From Escherichia coli 042 (lineage in GTDB: Bacteria > Pseudomonadota > Gammaproteobacteria > Enterobacterales > Enterobacteriaceae), in NCBI RefSeq assembly GCF_000027125.1, contig NC_017626.1: a stretch of 64,000 nt of DNA; one strand, written 5' to 3'. The position numbers and the translations under genes were made by a program. This document shows, one piece after another, positions 42,972-55,961 of this stretch. The notes under the pieces are model-generated. The model was not told where the DNA came from and ran no database searches. It worked only from the letters and a program-made list of their open reading frames with translations. Each line of letters begins with the position of its first letter. Position 1 is the first letter of the stretch.

Positions 42972-44372
42972 TCAGGTGTGTTTAAAGCTGTTCTGCTGGG
43001 CAATACCCTGCAGTTTCGGGTGATCGCTGAGATATTTCAGGGAGGCTTTGTAGTCTTCCAGCAACAGTTCAGCAAAGTCCATTTCGAAGCCGCGACGACA
43101 CATAATGCGCATCACCACGATGTCGGTGGCTTCACCGCCGAGAGTGAAGGCCGGAACCTGCCAGCCGCGCAGACGCAGACGTTCAGAGAGGTCGTACAGG
43201 GTGTATCCCGGATCTTCACCATCTTTCAGTTTGAAGCAAACCGCCGGGATGCCTTCGTCCGGGCGACCGGTACAGATGAACTCATACGGCCCCAGTTTGG
43301 CGATTTCATCCGCCAGATAGGCAGCGACCTGGTAGGAAGCATTCTGTACTTTGGTATAGCCTTCACGACCGAGGCGCAGGAATTCATAGTACTGTGCAAT
43401 TACCTGACCCGCCGGGCGGGAGAAGTTGATGGCGAAAGTCCCAATCTGACCACCGAGATAGTCAACGTTGAACACCAGTTCCTGCGGCAGCGCTTCTTCA
43501 TCACGCCAGATAACCCAGCCGCAGCCCAGCGGAGCCAGACCGAATTTATGGCCTGAAGCACTGATCGATTTCACACGCGGCAGGCGGAAGTCCCAGACGA
43601 TATCCGGGGCGACGAACGGTGCCAGGAAGCCACCGCTGGCGGCGTCGATGTGCATGTCGATGTCGATGCCGGTGTCGGCCTGGAATTTATCCAGCGCATC
43701 GTGCAGCGGCTGCGGGAACTCATAGTTACCGGTGTAGGTCACGCCGAAAGTCGGCACCACGCCGATGGTGTTTTCGTCGCAGGCTTCAATCATGCGTTTC
43801 GGGTCCATAAACAACTGACCGGGGCGCATAGGGATCTCACGCAGCTCCACATCCCAGTAGCGGGCAAATTTATGCCAGCAGATTTGTACCGGACCGCACA
43901 CCAGGTTTGGTTTGTTGGTCGGCTTACCTGCGGCTTCCATACGCTTGCGCCAACGCCATTTCATCGCCATCCCGCCGAGCATACAGGCCTCGGAAGAACC
44001 AATGGTGTTGGTGCCAACGGCCTGACCATTTTTCGGCGCAGGCGCATGCCACAGATCGGCAACCATGTTTACGCAACGCAGGTCGATGGCTGCAGATTGC
44101 GGATATTCTTCTTTGTCGATCCAGTTTTTATTGATCGACAAATCCATCAATTTATGGACGTTTTCGTCGTCCCAGGTCTGGCAGAAAGTGGCCAGGTTCT
44201 GACGAGCGTTGCCATCAAGATATAATTCATCATTGATAATCTGGAATGCGACATCATCGCGCATTTCGTGCAGCGGAAATCGTTTTGACTCCGCGATAGT
44301 AGAAATGGCCTTTGCGCCAAAACGTGAATCGAGTAGTTCTGAGCGGAAATCCGTTAACAGCTTCTGGTCCAT
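42972..44372 (-). CDS. gadA: Glutamate decarboxylase GadA (PLP-dependent, 466 aa)
   Basis: Start at [19 protein letters not shown]; PLP-lysine motif [10 protein letters not shown]; called gadA rather than gadB from its genomic context. Confidence 0.9.
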   Translation of the reverse strand: MDQKLLTDFRSELLDSRFGAKAISTIAESKRFPLHEMRDDVAFQIINDELYLDGNARQNLATFCQTWDDENVHKLMDLSINKNWIDKEEYPQSAAIDLRCVNMVADLWHAPAPKNGQAVGTNTIGSSEACMLGGMAMKWRWRKRMEAAGKPTNKPNLVCGPVQICWHKFARYWDVELREIPMRPGQLFMDPKRMIEACDENTIGVVPTFGVTYTGNYEFPQPLHDALDKFQADTGIDIDMHIDAASGGFLAPFVAPDIVWDFRLPRVKSISASGHKFGLAPLGCGWVIWRDEEALPQELVFNVDYLGGQIGTFAINFSRPAGQVIAQYYEFLRLGREGYTKVQNASYQVAAYLADEIAKLGPYEFICTGRPDEGIPAVCFKLKDGEDPGYTLYDLSERLRLRGWQVPAFTLGGEATDIVVMRIMCRRGFEMDFAELLLEDYKASLKYLSDHPKLQGIAQQNSFKHT

Positions 44373-44451
44373 TTCGAACTCCTTAAATTTATTTGAAGGC
44401 AATAAAAAAGTAGGATTTATCCGCAATGGAAGCAAGGCATTACAGGCTTAA

Positions 44452-44471
44452 TTTAAATAACAAAATCCTAA
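44452..44471 (-). promoter_or_regulatory. GAD box (GadE/GadX binding site) upstream of gadA
   Basis: Reverse complement reads ttaggattttgttatttaaa, an exact match to the 20-bp GAD box, about 80 bp before the gadA start. Confidence 0.7.
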
Positions 44472-44582
44472 GCAGAAAAACGACTTTTTATAATATAAAC
44501 ATTTAACATGATAATATTAAAAACAGACTTTATTATCGTAATGAAAATCGCCCAAACATTCCTGTTCGGGCGATTAAATTAA

Positions 44583-45980
44583 TTATTGTTTATCCTGCAT
44601 ATACGGCGTGTAAACCCCGTTCAGACTGTGCAGGAAAGCTACGATATCATCCACATCCTCCTGCGGCAGCTCTTTGCCTACCTGATAGCGCAACATCAGT
44701 TTCACCGCCCCGTCCAGCGTCGGCACATCACCGCGATGGAAGTACGGTGCCGTTAGTGCAACGTTACGTAAACCGGGTACTTTCTGACGCAATTTATCGC
44801 GCTCTTCTTTAGTAACATTCATACGACCAATATCCGCCGCCGTAATTTCACCAAAGTTAAAGTCTTTTTTCAGCCCCAACGGTTCGAAGGAACGTCCGCC
44901 GAGAATAATACCACCATGACAAGTTGCACATTTATTATCTTTAAATAATTGATAGCCTTTTTTCTGTTGTGCCGTCAGCGCATTCTCATCTCCACGCAAC
45001 CATTTATCAAATGGGGAATCCGGCGTAATTAATGTTTTCTCAAATTCAGCAATGGCATCAGTAATATTTTCGCCACTGAAACCTTGCGGATAGACTTCGA
45101 GGAACTGCGCTTTAAGCTGCGGATCTTTTTCCAGCTTAGCAATAATTTCGTCCCAGGATTTCGACGCCATTTCAATCGGATTCAACGGCGGTCCACCAGC
45201 CTGATCCTGCAATGTTGCCGCACGACCATCCCAGAACTGCTCAACGTTAAATACTGAGTTAAATACCGTCGGCGCGTTAATCGGGCCCACTGCGCCACCA
45301 ACACCAATCGATGTTTTTCTGCCATCGACGCCCCCCGCATTCAACGCATGGCAATGAGCGCATGAAATGGTGCTATCAGCCGATAAACGGGGATCGTGAT
45401 ACAGCGCAAAACCCAACTCCACTTTTTGCGCATCGGTAGGCAGTTTTTGCGGGATGGGCTGCACCGGTTCATTGCGATGCTCCGGAGCAGTATCATTGCT
45501 GGCGTAATATTCCGCGCGCTGTTTTGCAATCCAGGCCAGTATTTCCGCCCGCTCTTCATCACTCACCTTACCCGCCCAGTGTAGCGCGGTATAACGCGTT
45601 GGCGGCATAGTTTCATACTGCATCACCCATTCAATCTTATTCAGATCGCTTTGCGAAACGGGTTTATCAGCCAACAGAGCCGCACGCACGGCCTCGAGGT
45701 TAAAAGATTTATATCCAAGCTTTATGTCGTAATCCATCAACTGTTTCGCGCCGGGAATATAATAATAGGCAGGTAATTCTGCCGAAGGCGTATGGCAATA
45801 ATCGCATCCTTTTTCGCGGAGAAAGCCTAAAACCTGATTATTTTCACTGACAGCAGATGCCTGAACATCGGCCTGTTTACTGCGTTTATTATCGTGGTAC
45901 CACACATAACCAGATAACCCTAAATAGCAAATCGCGACGCCAGCCAGGCCGATCGCGGTAATACGTGAGACCATTTTCAT
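44583..45980 (-). CDS. yhjA: Cytochrome c peroxidase YhjA/Ccp (465 aa)
   Basis: Three CxxCH haem-binding motifs (CDYCH, CAHCH, CATCH); N-terminal membrane anchor. Confidence 0.85.
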   Translation of the reverse strand: MKMVSRITAIGLAGVAICYLGLSGYVWYHDNKRSKQADVQASAVSENNQVLGFLREKGCDYCHTPSAELPAYYYIPGAKQLMDYDIKLGYKSFNLEAVRAALLADKPVSQSDLNKIEWVMQYETMPPTRYTALHWAGKVSDEERAEILAWIAKQRAEYYASNDTAPEHRNEPVQPIPQKLPTDAQKVELGFALYHDPRLSADSTISCAHCHALNAGGVDGRKTSIGVGGAVGPINAPTVFNSVFNVEQFWDGRAATLQDQAGGPPLNPIEMASKSWDEIIAKLEKDPQLKAQFLEVYPQGFSGENITDAIAEFEKTLITPDSPFDKWLRGDENALTAQQKKGYQLFKDNKCATCHGGIILGGRSFEPLGLKKDFNFGEITAADIGRMNVTKEERDKLRQKVPGLRNVALTAPYFHRGDVPTLDGAVKLMLRYQVGKELPQEDVDDIVAFLHSLNGVYTPYMQDKQ

Positions 45981-46354
45981 TATTCTTCCCTCACGGTGGT
46001 GAGTTATTGTGACCCAGAAAATTTTCCAGAATGCTGCAAACGTCTCTGCGAGACAAAGCCATCATAAAAAACAGGGAGATACGCTTTTTGATAGGAATCA
46101 ATCAATTACATGAATATAAACTATCAATAAGATAGCCTGTGCCTATTACCCAGATCAGAAATGGCATATCATGATTGCGGCGAGAGCAGGATTGAATGTT
46201 CTGAAAATGAAAAACAAAACCAAATCCGTATTTTTATAAATTCCATTGATATTAGTGCGTTATATTTTTTGACAAGTTAATAAACGTGATCTACCGCACG
46301 CTTTGTCGCCCACCAGGCGGAGCGAATGACTACCCTTAAAGAAAAGCCCGATAA

Positions 46355-48034
<1,680 letters not shown>

Positions 48035-48037
48035 TAT

Positions 48038-48074
48038 TTTTACAGCCAGCCGCTAACTTCCTGCTGGCTGTAAA
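48038..48074. terminator. Probable bidirectional terminator between treF and yhjB
   Basis: tttacagccagc / gctggctgtaaa inverted repeat flanked by T/A runs. Confidence 0.5.
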
Positions 48075-48084
48075 ATTATCCTCT

Positions 48085-48687
48085 TCAGGAGGAGATATTT
48101 AACATCATTGCCGCCTGGGTGCGATTTTTCACTTCCAGACGGCGATACAGGGATTCCAGATGCGCTTTTACCGTTCCGGTACTGATATTCAGCGCCCTGC
48201 CGATCTCTTTATTTGATTCGCCCGCCGCTAACATGGTTAAAATCTCCCGCTGGCGGGCGCTTAACGATTTGAGATCTTTAATGTCCTTTTCCGGCGTCGT
48301 CCGCCAGTCTCCAGGCAGAAACATCATCCCCATCGCCGCACTATTTACCGCCAACGCAAATGTCTCGACGGTTGAATCACGAGGCACAATGGCCAGCACA
48401 TTAAAATGGATAACTTCCTGTAACCACCGTTTATTACAATCCGTCGCCGTAATTAACACCTTAACCTCAGGAAATTGCACCACGGTTTTTTGCAGCAACC
48501 AGTAGCAAAACTCACCATCCTGATCGCCATCGAGCATCACTAAGGCTTCAGGGTAACTTTCCAGCTTTTGCCATAACTCGTCTGCCTGACCGGCCCCCTG
48601 AATACTCACTCCTGGAATACGCTGCTGTAAACTGATTTTCATTCCATGAATAAATATTGACTGCCTGTCAAACATGACTATTTGCAT
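48085..48687 (-). CDS. yhjB: LuxR-family response-regulator-like protein YhjB (200 aa)
   Basis: Receiver-like N-terminus and C-terminal LuxR HTH (LSARQREILTMLAAGESNKEIGRALNIS). Confidence 0.8.
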   Translation of the reverse strand: MQIVMFDRQSIFIHGMKISLQQRIPGVSIQGAGQADELWQKLESYPEALVMLDGDQDGEFCYWLLQKTVVQFPEVKVLITATDCNKRWLQEVIHFNVLAIVPRDSTVETFALAVNSAAMGMMFLPGDWRTTPEKDIKDLKSLSARQREILTMLAAGESNKEIGRALNISTGTVKAHLESLYRRLEVKNRTQAAMMLNISS

Positions 48688-49206
48688 AACTGAATCTCCA
48701 CCTGAATACGTTAAAAAGACTTAAGTAGTGGAAGGGTATTACCCGCGAGAAAAAATAAGAATTCGCCATTTGGCGGTGGCCATTCTACAGAGATGACGCG
48801 TAGAAAATAGTTACCGATATAAATAGTTACAGCTAAACGCCTGAAATTACATGTCGAGGGCACTATTTAAAACAATTTTGAGGATTTCCTTATATTGATG
48901 GTTAGTACGCATGCAATTAAAAATGAAACTCCGCGACCACAAGCAAAAATAACAAACGGCAATGAGACAAAAATAAGCACAAATAGCCAACACGTCCTCT
49001 GTTCACTTTAAAGGGAATCGCTGAAAAAAACGCTCTGTTTAGGGAAATTCACCTTTCTCATAAAGCTATTCCGCCCTTTTCCTGCTGAGAAATCGCCACA
49101 TTCGTCATGACAACATTGTGAAACCCGGCATAAGATGTTAGAAAAAACAATAAACAATGCGATATGCGCGCTACTGTTTCGCTGTGAACAACAATCGGTC
49201 AAAGAA

Positions 49207-50106
49207 ATGGATAAAATTCACGCAATGCAGTTGTTCATCAAAGTCGCTGAGCTGGAAAGTTTTTCCCGCGCAGCGGATTTCTTTGCTTTGCCAAAGGGAA
49301 GTGTTTCGCGCCAGATACAGGCACTGGAACATCAACTTGGCACCCAGCTTCTCCAGCGCACCACGCGGCGGGTCAAACTCACGCCAGAAGGCATGACCTA
49401 TTATCAACGGGCAAAAGATGTGTTGAGTAATCTCAACGAACTGGACGGTCTGTTTCAACAGGATGCCACCAGTATCAGCGGTAAATTACGCATCGACATC
49501 CCGCCAGGAATCGCGAAAAGCCTGTTACTGCCGCGTCTGTCGGAATTTCTCTATCTGCATCCGGGAATTGAGCTGGAGCTGAGTAGCCATGACCGTCCGG
49601 TAGATATTCTTCACGATGGTTTTGATTGCGTGATACGCACTGGCGCGTCACCGGAAGATGGCGTTATCGCCCGTCCCCTCGGCAAACTGACCGTGGTCAA
49701 TTGTGCCAGTCCACACTATCTGACGCGCTTTGGTTATCCTCAAAGCCCCGACGATCTGACTTCGCACGCAATAGTGCGTTACACACCGCACCTGGGTGTA
49801 CATCCGTTAGGTTTTGAGGTTGCCAGCGTTAATGGCGTCCAGTGGTTTAAGTCTGGCGGCATGTTGACGGTAAACAGTCGCGAAAACTATCTCGCCGCCG
49901 GTCTTGCCGGTCTGGGGATTATTCAGATCCCGCGCATTGCCGTGCGCGAAGCCCTGCGTGCCGGGCGGCTTATTGAAGTGTTGCCTGGCTACCGTGCCGA
50001 GCCGCTCTCCCTTTCGCTGATTTATCCGCAGCGTCGGGAGCTTTCCCGGCGTGTAAACCTGTTTATGCAGTGGCTGGCTGGCGTAATGAAAGAGTACCTG
50101 GACTGA
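49207..50106 (+). CDS. yhjC: LysR-family transcriptional regulator YhjC (299 aa)
   Basis: N-terminal LysR HTH (MQLFIKVAELESFSRAADFFALPKGSVSRQIQALE); start set at MDKIHAMQLF. Confidence 0.8.
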   Translation: MDKIHAMQLFIKVAELESFSRAADFFALPKGSVSRQIQALEHQLGTQLLQRTTRRVKLTPEGMTYYQRAKDVLSNLNELDGLFQQDATSISGKLRIDIPPGIAKSLLLPRLSEFLYLHPGIELELSSHDRPVDILHDGFDCVIRTGASPEDGVIARPLGKLTVVNCASPHYLTRFGYPQSPDDLTSHAIVRYTPHLGVHPLGFEVASVNGVQWFKSGGMLTVNSRENYLAAGLAGLGIIQIPRIAVREALRAGRLIEVLPGYRAEPLSLSLIYPQRRELSRRVNLFMQWLAGVMKEYLD

Positions 50107-50154
50107 CCGACTATACTTTTTAAGAATGACCACGACAGAAGGACAAAAGAGCGG

Positions 50155-51168
50155 ATGACGCAGGAAAACGAGATCAAACGTCCCACCCAGGATCTGGAGC
50201 ACGAGCCGATTAAGCAGTTGGATAATAGCGAGAAAGGCGGCAAAGTTAGCCAGGCGCTGGAAACCGTCACCACCACTGCCGAAAAAGTCCAACGCCAACC
50301 GGTTATTGCGCACCTGATTCGCGCAACAGAACGCTTTAACGATCGGCTGGGTAACCAGTTTGGTGCGGCTATCACCTATTTCTCATTTTTATCGATGATC
50401 CCGATTTTGATGGTGTCGTTTGCCGCAGGGGGCTTTGTGCTGGCCTCCCATCCGATGTTGCTACAGGATATCTTCGACAAAATTCTGCAAAACATCAGCG
50501 ATCCGACGCTAGCCGCCACGTTGAAAAACACCATCAACACCGCCGTTCAGCAGCGTACTACCGTAGGGCTTGTCGGCCTGGCGGTGGCGCTTTATTCCGG
50601 CATCAACTGGATGGGTAACCTGCGTGAAGCGATTCGCGCCCAGTCGCGCGATGTCTGGGAACGCTCGCCGCAAGATCAGGAGAAGTTCTGGGTAAAATAT
50701 CTGCGTGATTTTATTTCGCTGATTGGTTTGTTGATTGCACTGATTGTGACGCTTTCGATCACCTCGGTTGCCGGTTCGGCGCAGCAAATGATTATTAGCG
50801 CCCTGCACCTGAACAGCATTGAGTGGCTGAAACCGACGTGGCGGTTGATTGGCCTGGCGATTTCCATCTTCGCCAACTATCTGCTTTTCTTCTGGATCTT
50901 CTGGCGCTTGCCGCGCCACCGTCCGCGCAAAAAAGCCCTGATTCGCGGAACATTTCTGGCTGCGATTGGTTTTGAAGTGATTAAAATCGTGATGACCTAC
51001 ACCCTGCCATCGCTGATGAAATCCCCCTCTGGCGCAGCATTTGGTTCCGTGCTGGGACTGATGGCGTTTTTCTACTTCTTCGCCCGTTTGACGCTGTTTT
51101 GCGCGGCGTGGATTGCCACCGCCGAATATAAAGATGACCCGCGAATGCCGGGGAAAACGCAGCGGTAA
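50155..51168 (+). CDS. yhjD: YihY/BrkB-family inner membrane protein YhjD (337 aa)
   Basis: Six-TM protein with hydrophilic N-terminus. Confidence 0.8.
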   Translation: MTQENEIKRPTQDLEHEPIKQLDNSEKGGKVSQALETVTTTAEKVQRQPVIAHLIRATERFNDRLGNQFGAAITYFSFLSMIPILMVSFAAGGFVLASHPMLLQDIFDKILQNISDPTLAATLKNTINTAVQQRTTVGLVGLAVALYSGINWMGNLREAIRAQSRDVWERSPQDQEKFWVKYLRDFISLIGLLIALIVTLSITSVAGSAQQMIISALHLNSIEWLKPTWRLIGLAISIFANYLLFFWIFWRLPRHRPRKKALIRGTFLAAIGFEVIKIVMTYTLPSLMKSPSGAAFGSVLGLMAFFYFFARLTLFCAAWIATAEYKDDPRMPGKTQR

Positions 51169-51559
51169 TTCAATGGTTTATAATGCCTGATAAACGCACG
51201 GTCGATCCCCTCGCCCCTTCGGGGAGAGGATTAGGGTGAGGGGGTACAAGCCAGCCAGAGACCAGGCAATGACATGCACATAACCACCTGAAACTACATT
51301 TCTTCAGGAGCAAACAATTTCATACCAACTCATAACCCCAGCATATAAATCCAGTTGGTAACTTTTATTTAACCTGAAACCAGTTTTATCCACTATTTAT
51401 AAAATTATGTGAAGCATTTCATAGAAGAAAAATCACTGGCCTAAACATTATCCCCTTTTTGCCTGGTTTTTGACCATTTCCGCGATTTGTTACACATTGA
51501 AATATCACTTTTGCTGTGCGTAATATGGCTATTCGTTAGCCAAAAAATAAGAAAAGATT

Positions 51560-52882
51560 ATGCAAGCAACAGCCACAACACTCGACCACGAGCAAGAATA
51601 CACGCCGATCAACTCGCGTAATAAAGTCCTTGTCGCCTCTCTCATTGGCACGGCCATTGAGTTTTTCGACTTTTACATTTACGCCACTGCGGCCGTTATT
51701 GTGTTTCCGCATATCTTCTTCCCGCAGGGCGATCCTACGGCAGCAACGCTCCAGTCGCTCGCCACCTTCGCCATCGCCTTCGTCGCGCGCCCCATTGGCT
51801 CTGCCGTTTTTGGTCATTTTGGCGATCGCGTTGGGCGTAAAGCGACGCTGGTCGCCTCGTTGCTAACGATGGGGATTTCGACCGTGGTGATTGGTCTGCT
51901 GCCGGGCTATGCCACGATTGGTATTTTCGCCCCGCTGCTGCTGGCGCTGGCTCGATTTGGTCAGGGTCTGGGCTTAGGCGGTGAATGGGGCGGCGCGGCG
52001 CTGCTGGCGACTGAAAACGCCCCACCGCGCAAACGTGCACTGTATGGCTCCTTCCCGCAGCTGGGCGCACCGATTGGCTTCTTCTTTGCCAACGGCACTT
52101 TCTTGCTGCTTTCCTGGCTACTGACCGACGAGCAGTTTATGAGCTGGGGCTGGCGTGTGCCATTTATCTTCTCAGCGGTGCTGGTCATTATCGGCCTGTA
52201 TGTTCGCGTGTCGCTGCATGAGTCGCCGGTGTTTGAGAAAGTCGCTAAAGCGAAAAAGCAGGTGAAGATCCCGCTGGGTACGCTGCTGACCAAACACGTA
52301 CGCGTCACGGTGCTCGGTACCTTCATCATGCTGGCAACCTATACGCTGTTTTACATCATGACGGTCTACTCTATGACCTTTAGTACCGCCGCCGCGCCAG
52401 TTGGGCTTGGCCTGCCGCGTAACGAAGTGTTGTGGATGCTGATGATGGCAGTTATTGGTTTTGGCGTGATGGTGCCAGTCGCCGGATTACTGGCTGATGC
52501 CTTTGGTCGCCGTAAAAGCATGGTAATCATCACCACGCTGATCATCCTGTTCGCGCTGTTCGCCTTTAACCCGCTGCTCGGTTCTGGCAACCCGATTCTG
52601 GTTTTTGCCTTCCTGCTGCTGGGGTTAAGTCTGATGGGACTGACCTTCGGGCCGATGGGCGCGCTGTTACCAGAGCTGTTCCCGACAGAAGTGCGTTACA
52701 CCGGAGCATCGTTCTCTTACAACGTAGCGTCGATTCTCGGGGCTTCCGTTGCGCCGTATATCGCAGCCTGGTTGCAGACTAACTACGGGTTAGGTGCGGT
52801 GGGGTTATATCTGGCGGCGATGGCTGGCTTGACCTTAATCGCCCTACTGCTGACCCATGAGACGCGACATCAATCGTTGTAA
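51560..52882 (+). CDS. yhjE: MFS transporter YhjE (440 aa)
   Basis: 12-TM MFS with motif GHFGDRVGRK. Confidence 0.85.
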   Translation: MQATATTLDHEQEYTPINSRNKVLVASLIGTAIEFFDFYIYATAAVIVFPHIFFPQGDPTAATLQSLATFAIAFVARPIGSAVFGHFGDRVGRKATLVASLLTMGISTVVIGLLPGYATIGIFAPLLLALARFGQGLGLGGEWGGAALLATENAPPRKRALYGSFPQLGAPIGFFFANGTFLLLSWLLTDEQFMSWGWRVPFIFSAVLVIIGLYVRVSLHESPVFEKVAKAKKQVKIPLGTLLTKHVRVTVLGTFIMLATYTLFYIMTVYSMTFSTAAAPVGLGLPRNEVLWMLMMAVIGFGVMVPVAGLLADAFGRRKSMVIITTLIILFALFAFNPLLGSGNPILVFAFLLLGLSLMGLTFGPMGALLPELFPTEVRYTGASFSYNVASILGASVAPYIAAWLQTNYGLGAVGLYLAAMAGLTLIALLLTHETRHQSL

Positions 52883-52894
52883 TAAGAGTGAAAA

Positions 52895-52991
52895 GCCTGA
52901 TGCGCTACGCTTATCAGGCCTGAATTTCCATACAATATATTGAATTCGCAAAGATTTGTAGGACGGATAAGGCGTTCACGCCGCATCCGGC
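52895..52991. repeat. REP/BIME-like palindromic units between yhjE and yhjG
   Basis: gcctgatgcgctacgcttatcaggcc and gtaggacggataaggcgttcacgccgcatccggca match the REP consensus; a further hairpin gccggatgtcagacatccggc lies at 53034-53054. Confidence 0.55.
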
Positions 52992-53063
52992 ATGAACAAA
53001 GCACACTTTGCCAACACTCTAAATCTGTTTAATTGCCGGATGTCAGACATCCGGCAATTATCA

Positions 53064-55124
53064 TCACTTCTTCATCTGCGACAATATCGTCCGACACTGA
53101 TTAGCCTCCCCTTCGGAAGGTGAGATCAGCGCCAGTAACGCCGCCGCTGGCGTAACCAGCGTTGCCAGTGCCGCCGCAACGGCTCCGCGAGCAATCAACG
53201 GCCCGGCTTTCACCCCAGCCTGCGGATTTTTAAACGTCCCACGCACATACAGCGGCGAACGCAGTGTGATAATCCGAATTCCTTTACTCTCCGGATCAAT
53301 AGTCAAATCCAGCTGTTCCGAAGCAAAACTTGCCGTGCCGGTAATGTTAATCAACGCGTTCTCAGTATCGAAAGCAAAAATCTGCGGACGCGCCACGCCG
53401 TTGGCAATATCCAGATTCGCCGCCGCACAGTTCACCCGCACCTCATCGTCACCAAATATCGCACCGACAATGTAGTTACCGACATTCAGCCCGACAATCT
53501 CCATCAGGTTGCGGCTCACCAGCCCGTCATTCATCAGCAGTTTCAGGTTGCCGTTACTGTTGCCTAAAAGCGCCGCCACCGAGTTACCGCTACCGCGTAG
53601 TTCCGCGTCACCGTTCATTTCCCCCAGCGTCTTCTGCATCAGTTCTACATCGGGCATCAGTTCTTTCAGTTTCAGCCGACGAGCCTGAATATCCGCCCGC
53701 CCCTGCATCGGTTTTTTATCGCCCTCCAGATGAATATTCGCCGCAATGCTGCCGCCCGCCATGCCAAATTTCAGCGGTTGCAGGCGCAGGTCAGCATTTT
53801 TGAGGATGATATGAGTAGAAAGATCGCTAATCGGCAGGCTACTGCCATGCTCAATGCGCCGCCCTTTGAAGCGAACATCGGCATCCATAACGTCCCATTT
53901 ATCGGTTTCGAAGCGGTCATAAGGCAGCACTTTGCCCGCAGGCTGAATGCTTTTTTCACCCTTCTTCTGTTCAGACCGTTTCGACTTTTCAGCTCCTTTC
54001 CCGGAATCAACGCCAATCAACGGTCCCAGGTCCACCAGCCGCAATTGCCGCGACTCGACATCACCTTCTAGTTTTGGTCGTGGCTTGCCGGTGGTGTAGA
54101 CCAGAGAACCGTGGATATCGCTATCGCCAATGCGCCCATTAAAACCGCGATAATCAAAGACCGACGATTTTTCAGTGTCGATTTTCGCTACCAGCCGACC
54201 ATCCGTTTCAAACGGCGGGGTATCGGGCAGCAGAACGCCCGTCAGTTCATAGAGATCACCCAGCGAATCGCCAGAAAATTTAAGCCGTAAATCGACACCA
54301 CCCATCTTCATTGGGTCATTCACAACGCCATCAAAAGCAACACGGGTGTTACCAGAGCGGAAATCAGCCTGTACCGGAAACGGCGTCCCTTCGCCACGCA
54401 GCGCCAGCATACCGCCAATTTTCCCCTTACCCGCGAGCGGCTCTCCGTTATAACGTCCCTGCGCCTTCAGGCCAAAAACGTAATCGCCCACCTTTTCTTT
54501 ATCCGCTTTACCTTTCGATCCAGTAACTTCGCTGAACGGCAGCGGCTTGCCTAACGGATCGACAAAAATTTCCAGATCCGCTTTGCTTACTTTGTCATCA
54601 ATGGCGATCCGCCCTTGATCGAACAGAATATTATCCAGCCGAAACGACCATGCCGACGGCTTTGCATTCGTGTCTTTGTTGTCATCGTTGGCGAGATTAA
54701 AGGTCCAGTTATTGTTCTTTTCAGAGAGGCGAATCAGGCGTGCGTCGGGCTTTTCCAGTTTGATCCACGGTAGCCAGACCGTTTTGGTCAGCAGCGCCAA
54801 CGGTGCCAGCGTTGCCTCTACGCGTGGCAAATGCACCATCGTGACTTCGGGAATATCCGGTGGATTGCCAAGAATGATGTCTTCCGCGTGTACATGGGGC
54901 CACGGCACCCAGCTGCGCCAGCCAGTTTCTTGTTTTTGTCGCTCCCACTCCACGCCCAGATCGCCACGGATAGCGAACGGACGATTCAGTTCAGTAGAGA
55001 CTTTCTGGTTGATGGTCGGTTTAAGGCGATTCCAGTCAAAAGTTGCAATCAAAATGATCGCCACGACAATCAACAACAAGAAAGCCCCTGAAATCGCAGC
55101 GGTTATTTTGCCTGCCTTGCTCAT
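53064..55124 (-). CDS. yhjG: AsmA-family protein YhjG (686 aa)
   Basis: N-terminal TM anchor then large periplasmic AsmA-like domain; start set at MSKAGKITAAISGAF. Confidence 0.8.
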   Translation of the reverse strand: MSKAGKITAAISGAFLLLIVVAIILIATFDWNRLKPTINQKVSTELNRPFAIRGDLGVEWERQKQETGWRSWVPWPHVHAEDIILGNPPDIPEVTMVHLPRVEATLAPLALLTKTVWLPWIKLEKPDARLIRLSEKNNNWTFNLANDDNKDTNAKPSAWSFRLDNILFDQGRIAIDDKVSKADLEIFVDPLGKPLPFSEVTGSKGKADKEKVGDYVFGLKAQGRYNGEPLAGKGKIGGMLALRGEGTPFPVQADFRSGNTRVAFDGVVNDPMKMGGVDLRLKFSGDSLGDLYELTGVLLPDTPPFETDGRLVAKIDTEKSSVFDYRGFNGRIGDSDIHGSLVYTTGKPRPKLEGDVESRQLRLVDLGPLIGVDSGKGAEKSKRSEQKKGEKSIQPAGKVLPYDRFETDKWDVMDADVRFKGRRIEHGSSLPISDLSTHIILKNADLRLQPLKFGMAGGSIAANIHLEGDKKPMQGRADIQARRLKLKELMPDVELMQKTLGEMNGDAELRGSGNSVAALLGNSNGNLKLLMNDGLVSRNLMEIVGLNVGNYIVGAIFGDDEVRVNCAAANLDIANGVARPQIFAFDTENALINITGTASFASEQLDLTIDPESKGIRIITLRSPLYVRGTFKNPQAGVKAGPLIARGAVAAALATLVTPAAALLALISPSEGEANQCRTILSQMKK

Positions 55125-55193
55125 CGTTCGCTTCCTCATATTCTTCCTGTGCCAGTCCTAAAGATAGTCCAGCCAGGCGGAAAATGAGGCAGC

Positions 55194-55961
55194 TTATAGC
55201 GCCAGAACCGCCGTATTCAGCGTTTCTATCGGTGCCGGGCGTGAAAGAAACCAGCCTTGTGCGGCGAATGCGGGCGAGTTCTGAACATCACGCCACTCTT
55301 CCGGCGTTTCTACGCCCTCGACGATCACCCCGCGACAATAGCGATTCATGAGATGTAAAAGCTGAGAAAAGAGTGTGCGTCCTTCCGGCGACTGACGCAG
55401 CATCACAAACAGCTCTCGCGCGATTTTGATGTAGTCATAACGCACTTCACTTAGCGCAGAGAAATTTGCCATCCCGGTGCCAAAATCATCCAGCCACAGC
55501 GGGCCAAATTCACACATCGAGGCAAAGGTTGAATCTTTCGGCAGACGGATGTGTTCCACCAGTTCGAAACGCAGCCAGGGAAGACGCTCAATCTGGCGCA
55601 GGATTTTTGGTTGCTGACGCAGGGCGATGAGCGTAGGGCCATCAATATTGACCGATGCCAGCAGGTCGTGCTCTACAAAGAAGTCGGCTTTTTGCGCCAG
55701 CAAATCAATCTGCTCTTTCACAACCTCCATCCGATAGCTGACGGTGATTTCAGTAAAATAGCGATCCGGCGGCAGGCGTTGCGAAGGGTTCAAGGGATGC
55801 GTGACCACCGTTAATAGCTCCACGGCCATTAACCGCCCGCATGTTTGATAGATCGGCTGCCAGGTGTAAGCACGCTCACACTGCAACCAAAAACGCCGTT
55901 CCTGCAAGCTCTCGATGCTTGCTTCAGGGTTGCTTATTCGCTGGATAACCTGCCTTATCAT
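55194..55961 (-). CDS. pdeH: c-di-GMP phosphodiesterase PdeH/YhjH (EAL domain, 255 aa)
   Basis: Stand-alone EAL domain; start set at MIRQVIQRISNPEAS. Confidence 0.85.
   Translation of the reverse strand: MIRQVIQRISNPEASIESLQERRFWLQCERAYTWQPIYQTCGRLMAVELLTVVTHPLNPSQRLPPDRYFTEITVSYRMEVVKEQIDLLAQKADFFVEHDLLASVNIDGPTLIALRQQPKILRQIERLPWLRFELVEHIRLPKDSTFASMCEFGPLWLDDFGTGMANFSALSEVRYDYIKIARELFVMLRQSPEGRTLFSQLLHLMNRYCRGVIVEGVETPEEWRDVQNSPAFAAQGWFLSRPAPIETLNTAVLAL

Noticed and set aside
43650-44225. 191-aa plus-strand ORF antisense to gadA
   Set aside because: Fully contained within gadA on the opposite strand; His/Arg-rich shadow translation.
51536-52070. Antisense and alternate-frame ORFs over the yhjE start (93, 78 and 111 aa)
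   Set aside because: Pro/Arg-rich shadow ORFs within or overlapping the MFS transporter gene.
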